A stretch of 63,993 nt of DNA, filler included, from Stramenopiles sp. TOSAG23-2 (taxonomy: Eukaryota): the NCBI GenBank assembly GCA_900128395.1. It is 6 parts of 6 records of this genome, joined end to end, with 100 filler letters (N's around TTAATTAATTAA, not from the genome) between each part and the next. Parts side by side here need not be neighbours in the genome. Positions count along the whole stretch, not along the records: positions 21,854 to 32,655 come from LT649988.1; positions 32,756 to 43,553 come from LT649989.1; 4 more parts are not named here. One strand, 5' to 3'. Shown in pieces: positions 21,854-33,999 of this stretch (its first letter is position 1; every line of letters starts with the position of its first letter). The translations under genes and the position numbers were made by a program. The notes under the pieces are model-generated. The model made no database searches, was not told the DNA's origin, and was given only the letters and a program-made list of their open reading frames with translations.

Positions 21854-24800
21854 ATATTGATACTGCAGTTGAACTTTCTATGCTTTTGTATATTTGTATG
21901 GCTTTATCACCGAACTTTAAATTGCCAATTTTCCTTTCAAGAACCTCTAAAGTTGATTCAATATCAGTTGCGCCGTTTACTTGTTCATTAAGAGCTACTG
22001 TTAAACTAGACAGTAATGACTCAATTTTATTTTTTACTTTAAAAAACCAATGGCCGCCATTGTCACCATTATTGGACGCATCATGAATCGTGCTACGAAC
22101 ATCTGCTCGAATTTTCTGTAATTTTAAATTATAACATTCATCATTATGTACATCCTTACTACCATCATTTCCTGTATTCAAATTGTAAAAACTATAACCA
22201 GCTCTGTTAAATAGAATTTCACATACTTTGTTTTTATCGGGTAAACCAAGATAAGAAGTGGCAAATTGGCTTTTTAAAGTTGGACTTAATTCTTTCCTTT
22301 TTAGTATTGAGGTGGTAGATATAAAAATGAATGTACTTAGTGGTTTTACCAAATGACCATGCAAGTCAAAATAGCTACTGTTTCCGTTAAGAGCCTTTTG
22401 TATAATTGAAACTATTGAAGCAATCATCTGTAAAACGGCTGGAGCACAGTTGGATATTCCATTTAAGAATAATAATCCTCCAGTCTTCATGCATCCAATC
22501 AAACGTTGTTTTGTACTATTTGGATCTGTTCCTAAGTTTGCATGCCAATCCACGAATTCCGTACCTAGGTACAAACTAAGTTGTTCTATCGACAATTTGC
22601 TATACGACAATGTTAAATCGTTGTCTGTAATTAAATGCGTGCTACACAATCCAAGTGAACGCAAAATTAGACACATTGCCCGTTCACTATTGTTATCTAA
22701 TACAAGAGACGATGCCTTATCTCCGGTAAATTCGTAGCCATAGGAAACACTGTTTGAGCCGCAAGTGATATTCCATTCAACTTTATTACCACTATCTGCA
22801 TTTTTGATGAACGTTTTCGCTTTGTTGTAATATAGAAAACTATTTATACCATATATTTCACTTGCTTGGGCTGACAAAATTTTTATAAAATTTAAATGGT
22901 ATACCAAACATTCCAGCAATAAGCCAAAGCGGCGTCTGATACTGCTTATTATCTTTGATATGCCAAATTCAGCGACAGAAAGTGTAGATAACAAATCTTG
23001 CAATGCAATCATTAGATGCAATTTGAGACTTCCGACATACTCTATTAAAGTTTCAAATGCATCTTTTTTATTATTTTCTAAATCTGTAAATGCATTTTCA
23101 ATCATTAAAAATAATTTAGCATTCATTACACCGATGATAACTTGTATCGGGGCTGTTGTATTACTCGCCTTTACATCAGCGAAGTCTTCGTATAATGCTG
23201 TAACGAGAAATTTCTCAAATGAAAATAGTTCTGCTTGGCTTAAATTTCCTAATTTTGCCACTTCAGCACGAATAGATGATTTCATTTGTTTGTCAAGAGT
23301 AGAAAAAATGTTGAGACCCTCTCGTCGCAATCTTAGTACTCGATCTAGTACTAACGTTTCATGTTTGGACTCGATGCTTAAGATTATTGGATTATTATCA
23401 TCGGTAGAATCATGTTTCAAACCAGTAACATTAGGAAAAAGCTTTTGCAGATATTTCTCAAATTTGCTATCCAAATTTATGCAAGAAGCAATTGCTTGTA
23501 TCACTTCTTCATTTGTTAAATAATAGAATCTTGGAAAATTTTCGCGCATCTCTTGAACAAAACTGGATGTTTCGTTTGTTAAAGACATAATATCCTTTTC
23601 GATGTTTACGAAGCTTTCATAAACTTCAAAATCTTCATCTTCAAAGTTAAAGTTGCGATTTTTCAATTTATAGTGTAAATCATCAATTAACAAATTGCAG
23701 TGCATCGCACATCTATTCCACATTTTTAATGTATCTTTCAATCTTTCGTGGACTGATGGTATTTGCGATGAAGCGTATTCAAAAGATAACATATTTCCAA
23801 GCCTTTTTAACCTTTTTTCATTTCTCAAAAGGATCGTTAAAGACGAATCCATATTATAAATTGATTCCCTATAATGTAAAATATCTCTAGAAATTACATC
23901 AAAATATTTTGACGACATTAAATGACCAGTCAACACCAAGCCTTCGTCAATTTTAGCTTTAAGCTCTTCTACATTACTTAATAGTAGTAATGATAACCCT
24001 TTGTCGTTTATGTGAACATTATTAAATTGAAAAGAAGTTTCGTGCCATATATTTAAACTTTTGTCAAACTTTAATTTGATATTATCTTCTCCCATTGCAT
24101 TTTCATATAACTTGTAAAATTTATTTAAATGAATCGTAACAATTTTATTAACATGAAGAAGACGAATGCTATGGCGAAAATTGAAACTTGCATTTCCCAT
24201 AAGACTCTTCCTTTTAACAAATGTCTTTTTCCCTCTTTTTCCAAATTGATTTCCGCTAACATCCGCGTTTAATTTTTTATCGTCAATAAATTTTCTAATT
24301 TCATTCCAATGTTTCATTTTGAATACTTCGCTTTTTTGTAAGATCCTAGTTACTTTTAGAAAATCTATCATTTGCTGAGCATGATTATTGCACCAACTTA
24401 TTATTTTTAACTTTGAATCGTTTAAATCAATAAATGCTTGTCTTGAGTCCTCGTAATTACGTTTTGCAAGTACATCAAGATCTGTTCCATCCGAGGAGGT
24501 GAAATTGAATGTATTAATGTATTGATCTTGATTATCAAAAATTACCTGTTTTTCCTGATCTAATATCATACTCATGTATTTTAATACCACATTTAAAAGC
24601 TTGTTAAAACGGAAGACAAGCTCCCATCTATCTTCACTTACCGGTCGACCGTAAGATATTTTCAAACGCATGCAAAGCATAATTTTTTCCTTGGCAGAAT
24701 TCATTTTGGAACTAGCATGACGCAAAAAGTCTTTAAATTTATTTGCTTCACTAAAAGTTGCAAACGTTTCTCTAGAATCACGTTCCACTTTCTGCATAAT

Positions 24801-27126
24801 TTCGATTGCTTCCTCCCTCGCTTGAAGCAAATTTAAATCTGCTACTCCACACTGTTCCTGCTCACTTTGAACTTGTTGCCTATCACAAAAAGTTAATTGT
24901 AGTTTTAACGCTCGTAATTCACGTCTGATGTCTGTAATAATGTCGTAGGCACTTGGCGCGACTTCAATTGAAAGTTCCGGCATAACATTCCATAACTCAT
25001 CATATATTTTGATAATTTCTGGATATTCTAAAAAGTTTCCGGATATCACAGACAATGATTCATTATGTGTACATAGTTCGATTGGTGTATCGAAATTCAT
25101 GTCCAAAATAGATCGTTCTTTTTGTATTTTCACCAAAAGGCTTTTGGTCAAGTCTTTAAATGCGAGAAATAAGTTATTTTTCAACCATGTTAAGCGATTT
25201 AAACACATGTTACTAATATCCATTATCATGGGATCGAGAAGTAATATGTATGACTTATATGTAAATGTTTTTTCTTTATTTTGAAGAAAATTTTGCCTTT
25301 GGTTTAAAACCTTTAATGATTGTTTTAGTTTTTTGATATTTAACTTTTCAAACAATATTAGATCTTGATCAAGAACAATTTCCGTCAACGTATGACATTT
25401 TCGATTGTACACATCAGTCAAAGAATTGTACATATTACTTAATACTTTGAAAAATGATTCTCTCTGCTTTACTAGCGTGAAATTATTTTTTAGCTTTGAA
25501 ACCGGTAACAATTCTATACTGTTATTTGAAAATTCTTCAAGTTCCTGCTCGCTAAGTAACACATCAAATTTTTCCGTTTCAAAAGATTTTTTATCGCTCT
25601 CACCAAGCACATCAGCAAATTTTGGATATGTTTTTATGTTCTTAAATATAGAAGTGCTGGAAAGAAATTATGTTAAAAAACAAATTCACAAATTCAAATA
25701 CTAATTGTAATGAAATTACTTACATTTGCAAAAACTCGTCAAAAATGTCTTGAAATGACTTATGAATACTTTTAAATGATGGTTTCAGTTCGAACATTAC
25801 ATTTCCTTTAAAATTTATTTTACCATATACATGTAGAGAAACTCGTTTAAAAGAAATACAATCAGTAGCATCTTCTTCTTCATTCGAACCAGTTGCAGAC
25901 GTTCCCGCCTCCTCTTGTTCCTTTGTTTCATTACTTGTAATATTATTATCACTATGATGAATAACATCATCAAATTCATCTGGAAAAAATGAAGCAATCT
26001 GTGATTCTCTTGATATTATGAATTCTTCAACGCTAGCCTGTATATATGATTCAACTAATTTTATAAATCTTTTTAACAACGCTTGTAGATTTCGCCTTTG
26101 TGAAATATCAATTAAATTTACGTGTCCTAATATTGGAATATCATTTTCAACATAAATAGCTGTACAACACTGTAGCACAACTTCATTAATATTACCATTA
26201 TATAGTTTAATGACCTCATGATGCTTTACTGTCATCTCTTGATGCGAATTGATGTACGCTTCTAGCGTATATCCATCTTTTGGCATGTCTTTAAGTGAAA
26301 AATGGGTTATAATGCTACGACATTGAAATAGAAGTTTGTGCACGTCAAAAATGCATTTATTAAAAATTGGTTTGAATATAAACAAATTATTTTTGATTTT
26401 ATCGCCGGCACTTTTGAATTTATTGCTGCGAAAAAGTTTTTTCCAACCATCAAATATAATTCTAAGTCTAAACGTTAAAAAATAAGTTTTTTCTTTAATT
26501 TGACGAAACGTGTTATACTGTTGATACCATTCATCGTTGTTAGTGAATATTGGATCTTCACCATTTTGATAAAGTGTTACACCCGTATTACCTTTTATGA
26601 AGTAAATATCTTTCTCTTTGTTGATAGTCTCTTTCAATACGCGCCTTAGGACATATGGATTATAATACGGTTTCGTTTGACACAAGCAATATTCAAGTGT
26701 GCTCATATCACCAATAATACCTTTTTTGGACGAAGTTTTAGACATTTTTTTATTAGATTCAATGTCTGAAGCGTCTACAAATACTGTTGTTGTACTTTTC
26801 ATTCGACGATGCAACAGGTGGTTTTCACGTTGCTTTGTATTAAGAACTAATTTTCCTGTTTTTTTAGCTGGTCTACGGACAGACATCTTCCCATGCCTTG
26901 AAAAGTTTGAGGATTGGATAATTTTAGTAATATCATGTTTAGTGGCTTTCACAGATGACTGACGTAGTCTTTTTGAAATATTATTTTGGTTACTATGTAC
27001 AGATGGAAAATGGCTAGGAAAGTTAATTCTATTACTTAAATTTGGACTCTCAGGACTCATCGTTACTTCACTAGGCAAAACACTGTTCTTTTTGACAGCA
27101 TTATTATCATTATCGATTTGATCCAT
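21854..27126 (-). CDS. Divergent dynein heavy chain-like protein, 3'-partial, mirror copy (exons 27126-25724, 25656-<21854)
   Basis: Mirror of 27383-32655. Confidence 0.75.
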
Positions 27127-27382
27127 AATTTTCTTTGCACGGAGTTTAGATTAAAAGAAACTCAAGAAAATTTTCGTACAAAATGAGGATAGTGATTCTA
27201 TAATAGTAGTTTAATAATCTAAATGAGGAGTAAAATTTATATTTTAAATATATATATATATTTAAAATATAAATTTTACTCCTCATTTAGATTATTAAAC
27301 TACTATTATAGAATCACTATCCTCATTTTGTACGAAAATTTTCTTGAGTTTCTTTTAATCTAAACTCCGTGCAAAGAAAATT

Positions 27383-30300
27383 ATGGATCAAATCGATAAT
27401 GATAATAATGCTGTCAAAAAGAACAGTGTTTTGCCTAGTGAAGTAACGATGAGTCCTGAGAGTCCAAATTTAAGTAATAGAATTAACTTTCCTAGCCATT
27501 TTCCATCTGTACATAGTAACCAAAATAATATTTCAAAAAGACTACGTCAGTCATCTGTGAAAGCCACTAAACATGATATTACTAAAATTATCCAATCCTC
27601 AAACTTTTCAAGGCATGGGAAGATGTCTGTCCGTAGACCAGCTAAAAAAACAGGAAAATTAGTTCTTAATACAAAGCAACGTGAAAACCACCTGTTGCAT
27701 CGTCGAATGAAAAGTACAACAACAGTATTTGTAGACGCTTCAGACATTGAATCTAATAAAAAAATGTCTAAAACTTCGTCCAAAAAAGGTATTATTGGTG
27801 ATATGAGCACACTTGAATATTGCTTGTGTCAAACGAAACCGTATTATAATCCATATGTCCTAAGGCGCGTATTGAAAGAGACTATCAACAAAGAGAAAGA
27901 TATTTACTTCATAAAAGGTAATACGGGTGTAACACTTTATCAAAATGGTGAAGATCCAATATTCACTAACAACGATGAATGGTATCAACAGTATAACACG
28001 TTTCGTCAAATTAAAGAAAAAACTTATTTTTTAACGTTTAGACTTAGAATTATATTTGATGGTTGGAAAAAACTTTTTCGCAGCAATAAATTCAAAAGTG
28101 CCGGCGATAAAATCAAAAATAATTTGTTTATATTCAAACCAATTTTTAATAAATGCATTTTTGACGTGCACAAACTTCTATTTCAATGTCGTAGCATTAT
28201 AACCCATTTTTCACTTAAAGACATGCCAAAAGATGGATATACGCTAGAAGCGTACATCAATTCGCATCAAGAGATGACAGTAAAGCATCATGAGGTCATT
28301 AAACTATATAATGGTAATATTAATGAAGTTGTGCTACAGTGTTGTACAGCTATTTATGTTGAAAATGATATTCCAATATTAGGACACGTAAATTTAATTG
28401 ATATTTCACAAAGGCGAAATCTACAAGCGTTGTTAAAAAGATTTATAAAATTAGTTGAATCATATATACAGGCTAGCGTTGAAGAATTCATAATATCAAG
28501 AGAATCACAGATTGCTTCATTTTTTCCAGATGAATTTGATGATGTTATTCATCATAGTGATAATAATATTACAAGTAATGAAACAAAGGAACAAGAGGAG
28601 GCGGGAACGTCTGCAACTGGTTCGAATGAAGAAGAAGATGCTACTGATTGTATTTCTTTTAAACGAGTTTCTCTACATGTATATGGTAAAATAAATTTTA
28701 AAGGAAATGTAATGTTCGAACTGAAACCATCATTTAAAAGTATTCATAAGTCATTTCAAGACATTTTTGACGAGTTTTTGCAAATGTAAGTAATTTCATT
28801 ACAATTAGTATTTGAATTTGTGAATTTGTTTTTTAACATAATTTCTTTCCAGCACTTCTATATTTAAGAACATAAAAACATATCCAAAATTTGCTGATGT
28901 GCTTGGTGAGAGCGATAAAAAATCTTTTGAAACGGAAAAATTTGATGTGTTACTTAGCGAGCAGGAACTTGAAGAATTTTCAAATAACAGTATAGAATTG
29001 TTACCGGTTTCAAAGCTAAAAAATAATTTCACGCTAGTAAAGCAGAGAGAATCATTTTTCAAAGTATTAAGTAATATGTACAATTCTTTGACTGATGTGT
29101 ACAATCGAAAATGTCATACGTTGACGGAAATTGTTCTTGATCAAGATCTAATATTGTTTGAAAAGTTAAATATCAAAAAACTAAAACAATCATTAAAGGT
29201 TTTAAACCAAAGGCAAAATTTTCTTCAAAATAAAGAAAAAACATTTACATATAAGTCATACATATTACTTCTCGATCCCATGATAATGGATATTAGTAAC
29301 ATGTGTTTAAATCGCTTAACATGGTTGAAAAATAACTTATTTCTCGCATTTAAAGACTTGACCAAAAGCCTTTTGGTGAAAATACAAAAAGAACGATCTA
29401 TTTTGGACATGAATTTCGATACACCAATCGAACTATGTACACATAATGAATCATTGTCTGTGATATCCGGAAACTTTTTAGAATATCCAGAAATTATCAA
29501 AATATATGATGAGTTATGGAATGTTATGCCGGAACTTTCAATTGAAGTCGCGCCAAGTGCCTACGACATTATTACAGACATCAGACGTGAATTACGAGCG
29601 TTAAAACTACAATTAACTTTTTGTGATAGGCAACAAGTTCAAAGTGAGCAGGAACAGTGTGGAGTAGCAGATTTAAATTTGCTTCAAGCGAGGGAGGAAG
29701 CAATCGAAATTATGCAGAAAGTGGAACGTGATTCTAGAGAAACGTTTGCAACTTTTAGTGAAGCAAATAAATTTAAAGACTTTTTGCGTCATGCTAGTTC
29801 CAAAATGAATTCTGCCAAGGAAAAAATTATGCTTTGCATGCGTTTGAAAATATCTTACGGTCGACCGGTAAGTGAAGATAGATGGGAGCTTGTCTTCCGT
29901 TTTAACAAGCTTTTAAATGTGGTATTAAAATACATGAGTATGATATTAGATCAGGAAAAACAGGTAATTTTTGATAATCAAGATCAATACATTAATACAT
30001 TCAATTTCACCTCCTCGGATGGAACAGATCTTGATGTACTTGCAAAACGTAATTACGAGGACTCAAGACAAGCATTTATTGATTTAAACGATTCAAAGTT
30101 AAAAATAATAAGTTGGTGCAATAATCATGCTCAGCAAATGATAGATTTTCTAAAAGTAACTAGGATCTTACAAAAAAGCGAAGTATTCAAAATGAAACAT
30201 TGGAATGAAATTAGAAAATTTATTGACGATAAAAAATTAAACGCGGATGTTAGCGGAAATCAATTTGGAAAAAGAGGGAAAAAGACATTTGTTAAAAGGA

Positions 30301-32655
30301 AGAGTCTTATGGGAAATGCAAGTTTCAATTTTCGCCATAGCATTCGTCTTCTTCATGTTAATAAAATTGTTACGATTCATTTAAATAAATTTTACAAGTT
30401 ATATGAAAATGCAATGGGAGAAGATAATATCAAATTAAAGTTTGACAAAAGTTTAAATATATGGCACGAAACTTCTTTTCAATTTAATAATGTTCACATA
30501 AACGACAAAGGGTTATCATTACTACTATTAAGTAATGTAGAAGAGCTTAAAGCTAAAATTGACGAAGGCTTGGTGTTGACTGGTCATTTAATGTCGTCAA
30601 AATATTTTGATGTAATTTCTAGAGATATTTTACATTATAGGGAATCAATTTATAATATGGATTCGTCTTTAACGATCCTTTTGAGAAATGAAAAAAGGTT
30701 AAAAAGGCTTGGAAATATGTTATCTTTTGAATACGCTTCATCGCAAATACCATCAGTCCACGAAAGATTGAAAGATACATTAAAAATGTGGAATAGATGT
30801 GCGATGCACTGCAATTTGTTAATTGATGATTTACACTATAAATTGAAAAATCGCAACTTTAACTTTGAAGATGAAGATTTTGAAGTTTATGAAAGCTTCG
30901 TAAACATCGAAAAGGATATTATGTCTTTAACAAACGAAACATCCAGTTTTGTTCAAGAGATGCGCGAAAATTTTCCAAGATTCTATTATTTAACAAATGA
31001 AGAAGTGATACAAGCAATTGCTTCTTGCATAAATTTGGATAGCAAATTTGAGAAATATCTGCAAAAGCTTTTTCCTAATGTTACTGGTTTGAAACATGAT
31101 TCTACCGATGATAATAATCCAATAATCTTAAGCATCGAGTCCAAACATGAAACGTTAGTACTAGATCGAGTACTAAGATTGCGACGAGAGGGTCTCAACA
31201 TTTTTTCTACTCTTGACAAACAAATGAAATCATCTATTCGTGCTGAAGTGGCAAAATTAGGAAATTTAAGCCAAGCAGAACTATTTTCATTTGAGAAATT
31301 TCTCGTTACAGCATTATACGAAGACTTCGCTGATGTAAAGGCGAGTAATACAACAGCCCCGATACAAGTTATCATCGGTGTAATGAATGCTAAATTATTT
31401 TTAATGATTGAAAATGCATTTACAGATTTAGAAAATAATAAAAAAGATGCATTTGAAACTTTAATAGAGTATGTCGGAAGTCTCAAATTGCATCTAATGA
31501 TTGCATTGCAAGATTTGTTATCTACACTTTCTGTCGCTGAATTTGGCATATCAAAGATAATAAGCAGTATCAGACGCCGCTTTGGCTTATTGCTGGAATG
31601 TTTGGTATACCATTTAAATTTTATAAAAATTTTGTCAGCCCAAGCAAGTGAAATATATGGTATAAATAGTTTTCTATATTACAACAAAGCGAAAACGTTC
31701 ATCAAAAATGCAGATAGTGGTAATAAAGTTGAATGGAATATCACTTGCGGCTCAAACAGTGTTTCCTATGGCTACGAATTTACCGGAGATAAGGCATCGT
31801 CTCTTGTATTAGATAACAATAGTGAACGGGCAATGTGTCTAATTTTGCGTTCACTTGGATTGTGTAGCACGCATTTAATTACAGACAACGATTTAACATT
31901 GTCGTATAGCAAATTGTCGATAGAACAACTTAGTTTGTACCTAGGTACGGAATTCGTGGATTGGCATGCAAACTTAGGAACAGATCCAAATAGTACAAAA
32001 CAACGTTTGATTGGATGCATGAAGACTGGAGGATTATTATTCTTAAATGGAATATCCAACTGTGCTCCAGCCGTTTTACAGATGATTGCTTCAATAGTTT
32101 CAATTATACAAAAGGCTCTTAACGGAAACAGTAGCTATTTTGACTTGCATGGTCATTTGGTAAAACCACTAAGTACATTCATTTTTATATCTACCACCTC
32201 AATACTAAAAAGGAAAGAATTAAGTCCAACTTTAAAAAGCCAATTTGCCACTTCTTATCTTGGTTTACCCGATAAAAACAAAGTATGTGAAATTCTATTT
32301 AACAGAGCTGGTTATAGTTTTTACAATTTGAATACAGGAAATGATGGTAGTAAGGATGTACATAATGATGAATGTTATAATTTAAAATTACAGAAAATTC
32401 GAGCAGATGTTCGTAGCACGATTCATGATGCGTCCAATAATGGTGACAATGGCGGCCATTGGTTTTTTAAAGTAAAAAATAAAATTGAGTCATTACTGTC
32501 TAGTTTAACAGTAGCTCTTAATGAACAAGTAAACGGCGCAACTGATATTGAATCAACTTTAGAGGTTCTTGAAAGGAAAATTGGCAATTTAAAGTTCGGT
32601 GATAAAGCCATACAAATATACAAAAGCATAGAAAGTTCAACTGCAGTAACAATAT
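27383..32655 (+). CDS. Divergent (probably axonemal-type) dynein heavy chain-like protein, 3'-partial (exons 27383-28785, 28853->32655)
   Basis: YNPYVLR (axonemal DHC N-terminus-like), KMKHWNEI, RENFPRFYYLTNEEVIQ, QKLFPNV and YGYEFTG...LVL...ERA, then ELSPTLKSQF...PD. A 67-nt GTAAGT...TTCCAG intron at 28786-28852 joins the two ORFs in frame. Confidence 0.85.
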
Positions 32656-32755
32656 NNNNNNNNNNNNNNNNNNNNNNNNNNNNNNNNNNNNNNNNNNNNT
32701 TAATTAATTAANNNNNNNNNNNNNNNNNNNNNNNNNNNNNNNNNNNNNNNNNNNN

Positions 32756-32810
32756 TTATTCCATTTTTCTAATTGCTGATCCACAAATTCTAATAAATTT
32801 CCGCATATAT
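32756..32810. repeat. 55-nt terminal direct repeat, left copy (identical to 43499-43553)
   Basis: TTATTCCATTTTTCTAATTGCTGATCCACAAATTCTAATAAATTTCCGCATATAT forms both the first and the last 55 nt of contig 4. Confidence 0.95.
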
Positions 32811-32930
32811 GCGATCCGTTAAAGATACTTTTATCTATATAATTTAGTATAATAATAGACTACGGATATTTTCCCTATGAAAAATACTTAGATTGTTTAG
32901 GTTTATCAAAGAGAAGGTTTATACTCAAAC

Positions 32931-33415
32931 TCATTTTTTAAATGAATTGGTTTGCATCAAATCAAATCTCTTTCCAAATTCCTTCTTAAATGCTTTATCT
33001 CGACGTAGGATGTTCGCACGGGTCTTCAATGCATGACAATTATAGGACAAAGTGCTTGAAGATTGCTGTATTCGTCCTTTCCACCATCGCATAACTCTAC
33101 TATATGATCCACCTCAAATGTTGGTGGTAATAACATCTTACACATATTACAATGGTACTTTGACTTGTATGCTATTGGGAAGTAGTGTATGCACGTTTTT
33201 GGACTCGTTTCATACATTGTTTTACGTATTCTTTTATTCCCTGATGTCGGTGGTGGTTCTGGAATTCCATACGCTTGACTCTGTTGCGCAATATTAACTT
33301 GTGTGTTTATAGAAACGATATCATACTCAATAACGTCTGGTTTGGCCACTTCATCAAGCAAATTGTTACTCTTTATATATGTATGTATAAATAAAATATA
33401 CTTTATACAATACAT
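32931..33415 (-). pseudogene. Frameshifted HNH endonuclease
   Basis: CNMC...FEVDHIVELCDGGKDEYSNLQALCP. Deleting 2 nt at ~33042-33043 restores NCHALKTRANILRRD, completing the CxxC-DH-GG-NL-CxxCH HNH motif, with the next stop at 32933-32931. Confidence 0.85.
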
Positions 33416-33514
33416 GTATATCTTGGTGTACTACATTTAACAAAAAATATCCTTTGTTTTAATAGATGGTCGACTTTGTGCACACTTACTTTTTTATTTT
33501 TCATACAGTGAAGC

Positions 33515-33519
33515 AAAAA
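33515..33519 (-). terminator. Pol III T5 terminator of the 5S gene
   Basis: TTTTT immediately 3' of the 5S sequence on the minus strand. Confidence 0.8.
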
Positions 33520-33639
33520 GGTAAGCAATACATGGACTTCCCGTCTGGTCCCCCACGACAGTACTAACCATGCTTGAAGAGACTTAACTTCTCAGTGCGG
33601 GATGGGATGAGGTGCTTTACTCTTAAGATGATCGCTTAC
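33520..33639 (-). rRNA. 5S rRNA: 5S ribosomal RNA
   Basis: Minus strand reads GTAAGCGATCATCTTAAGAGTAAAGCACCTCATCCCATCCCGCACTGAGAAGTTAAG...GGTTAGTACTGTCGTGGGGGACCAGACGGGAAGTCCATGTATTGCTTACC (120 nt). The 9-bp helix I pairs, the conserved AGTTAAG, TTAGTACT and GGGAA boxes are present, and a TATA-like tract lies at -22 to -33. Confidence 0.95.
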
Positions 33640-33999
33640 ATAATGAAATGGAAATATTTTGTATATATATACATCAAAAAATGAATATCCAGCAAAACAA
33701 TGCTATGTCCATATAATTTGTGAAAAATAATCGTTATTGCATGAACACAGCACGTCCGATGTGTTTGTGATAGGAAAAAGAGTGTACCAAAATACTACGG
33801 GATGATTGAAGATTCTGCATATTTATTTTATATATAATAAAATAATATGATATGTATGATATTTAAGAGTAGAAAAAAGGAAAACAGATTGTCGTCTTTG
33901 GATAGAAGAAATATATCATCAATTGTAATCGAATTTTATCTAACATATCTTTCTTCTGTGTAACGTTTAGCCGTTGCTAGAATCGCCGAATCAAAGAAA

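Larger units (their letters stand above)
21854..32655. repeat. Whole-contig palindrome with 5401-bp arms, centre 27254/27255
   Basis: Mirrored ORF coordinates sum to 54509. The centre is TTTTAAA(TA)nTTTAAAA. The translations differ only near the ends (AVSI vs AVTI). Confidence 0.97.
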
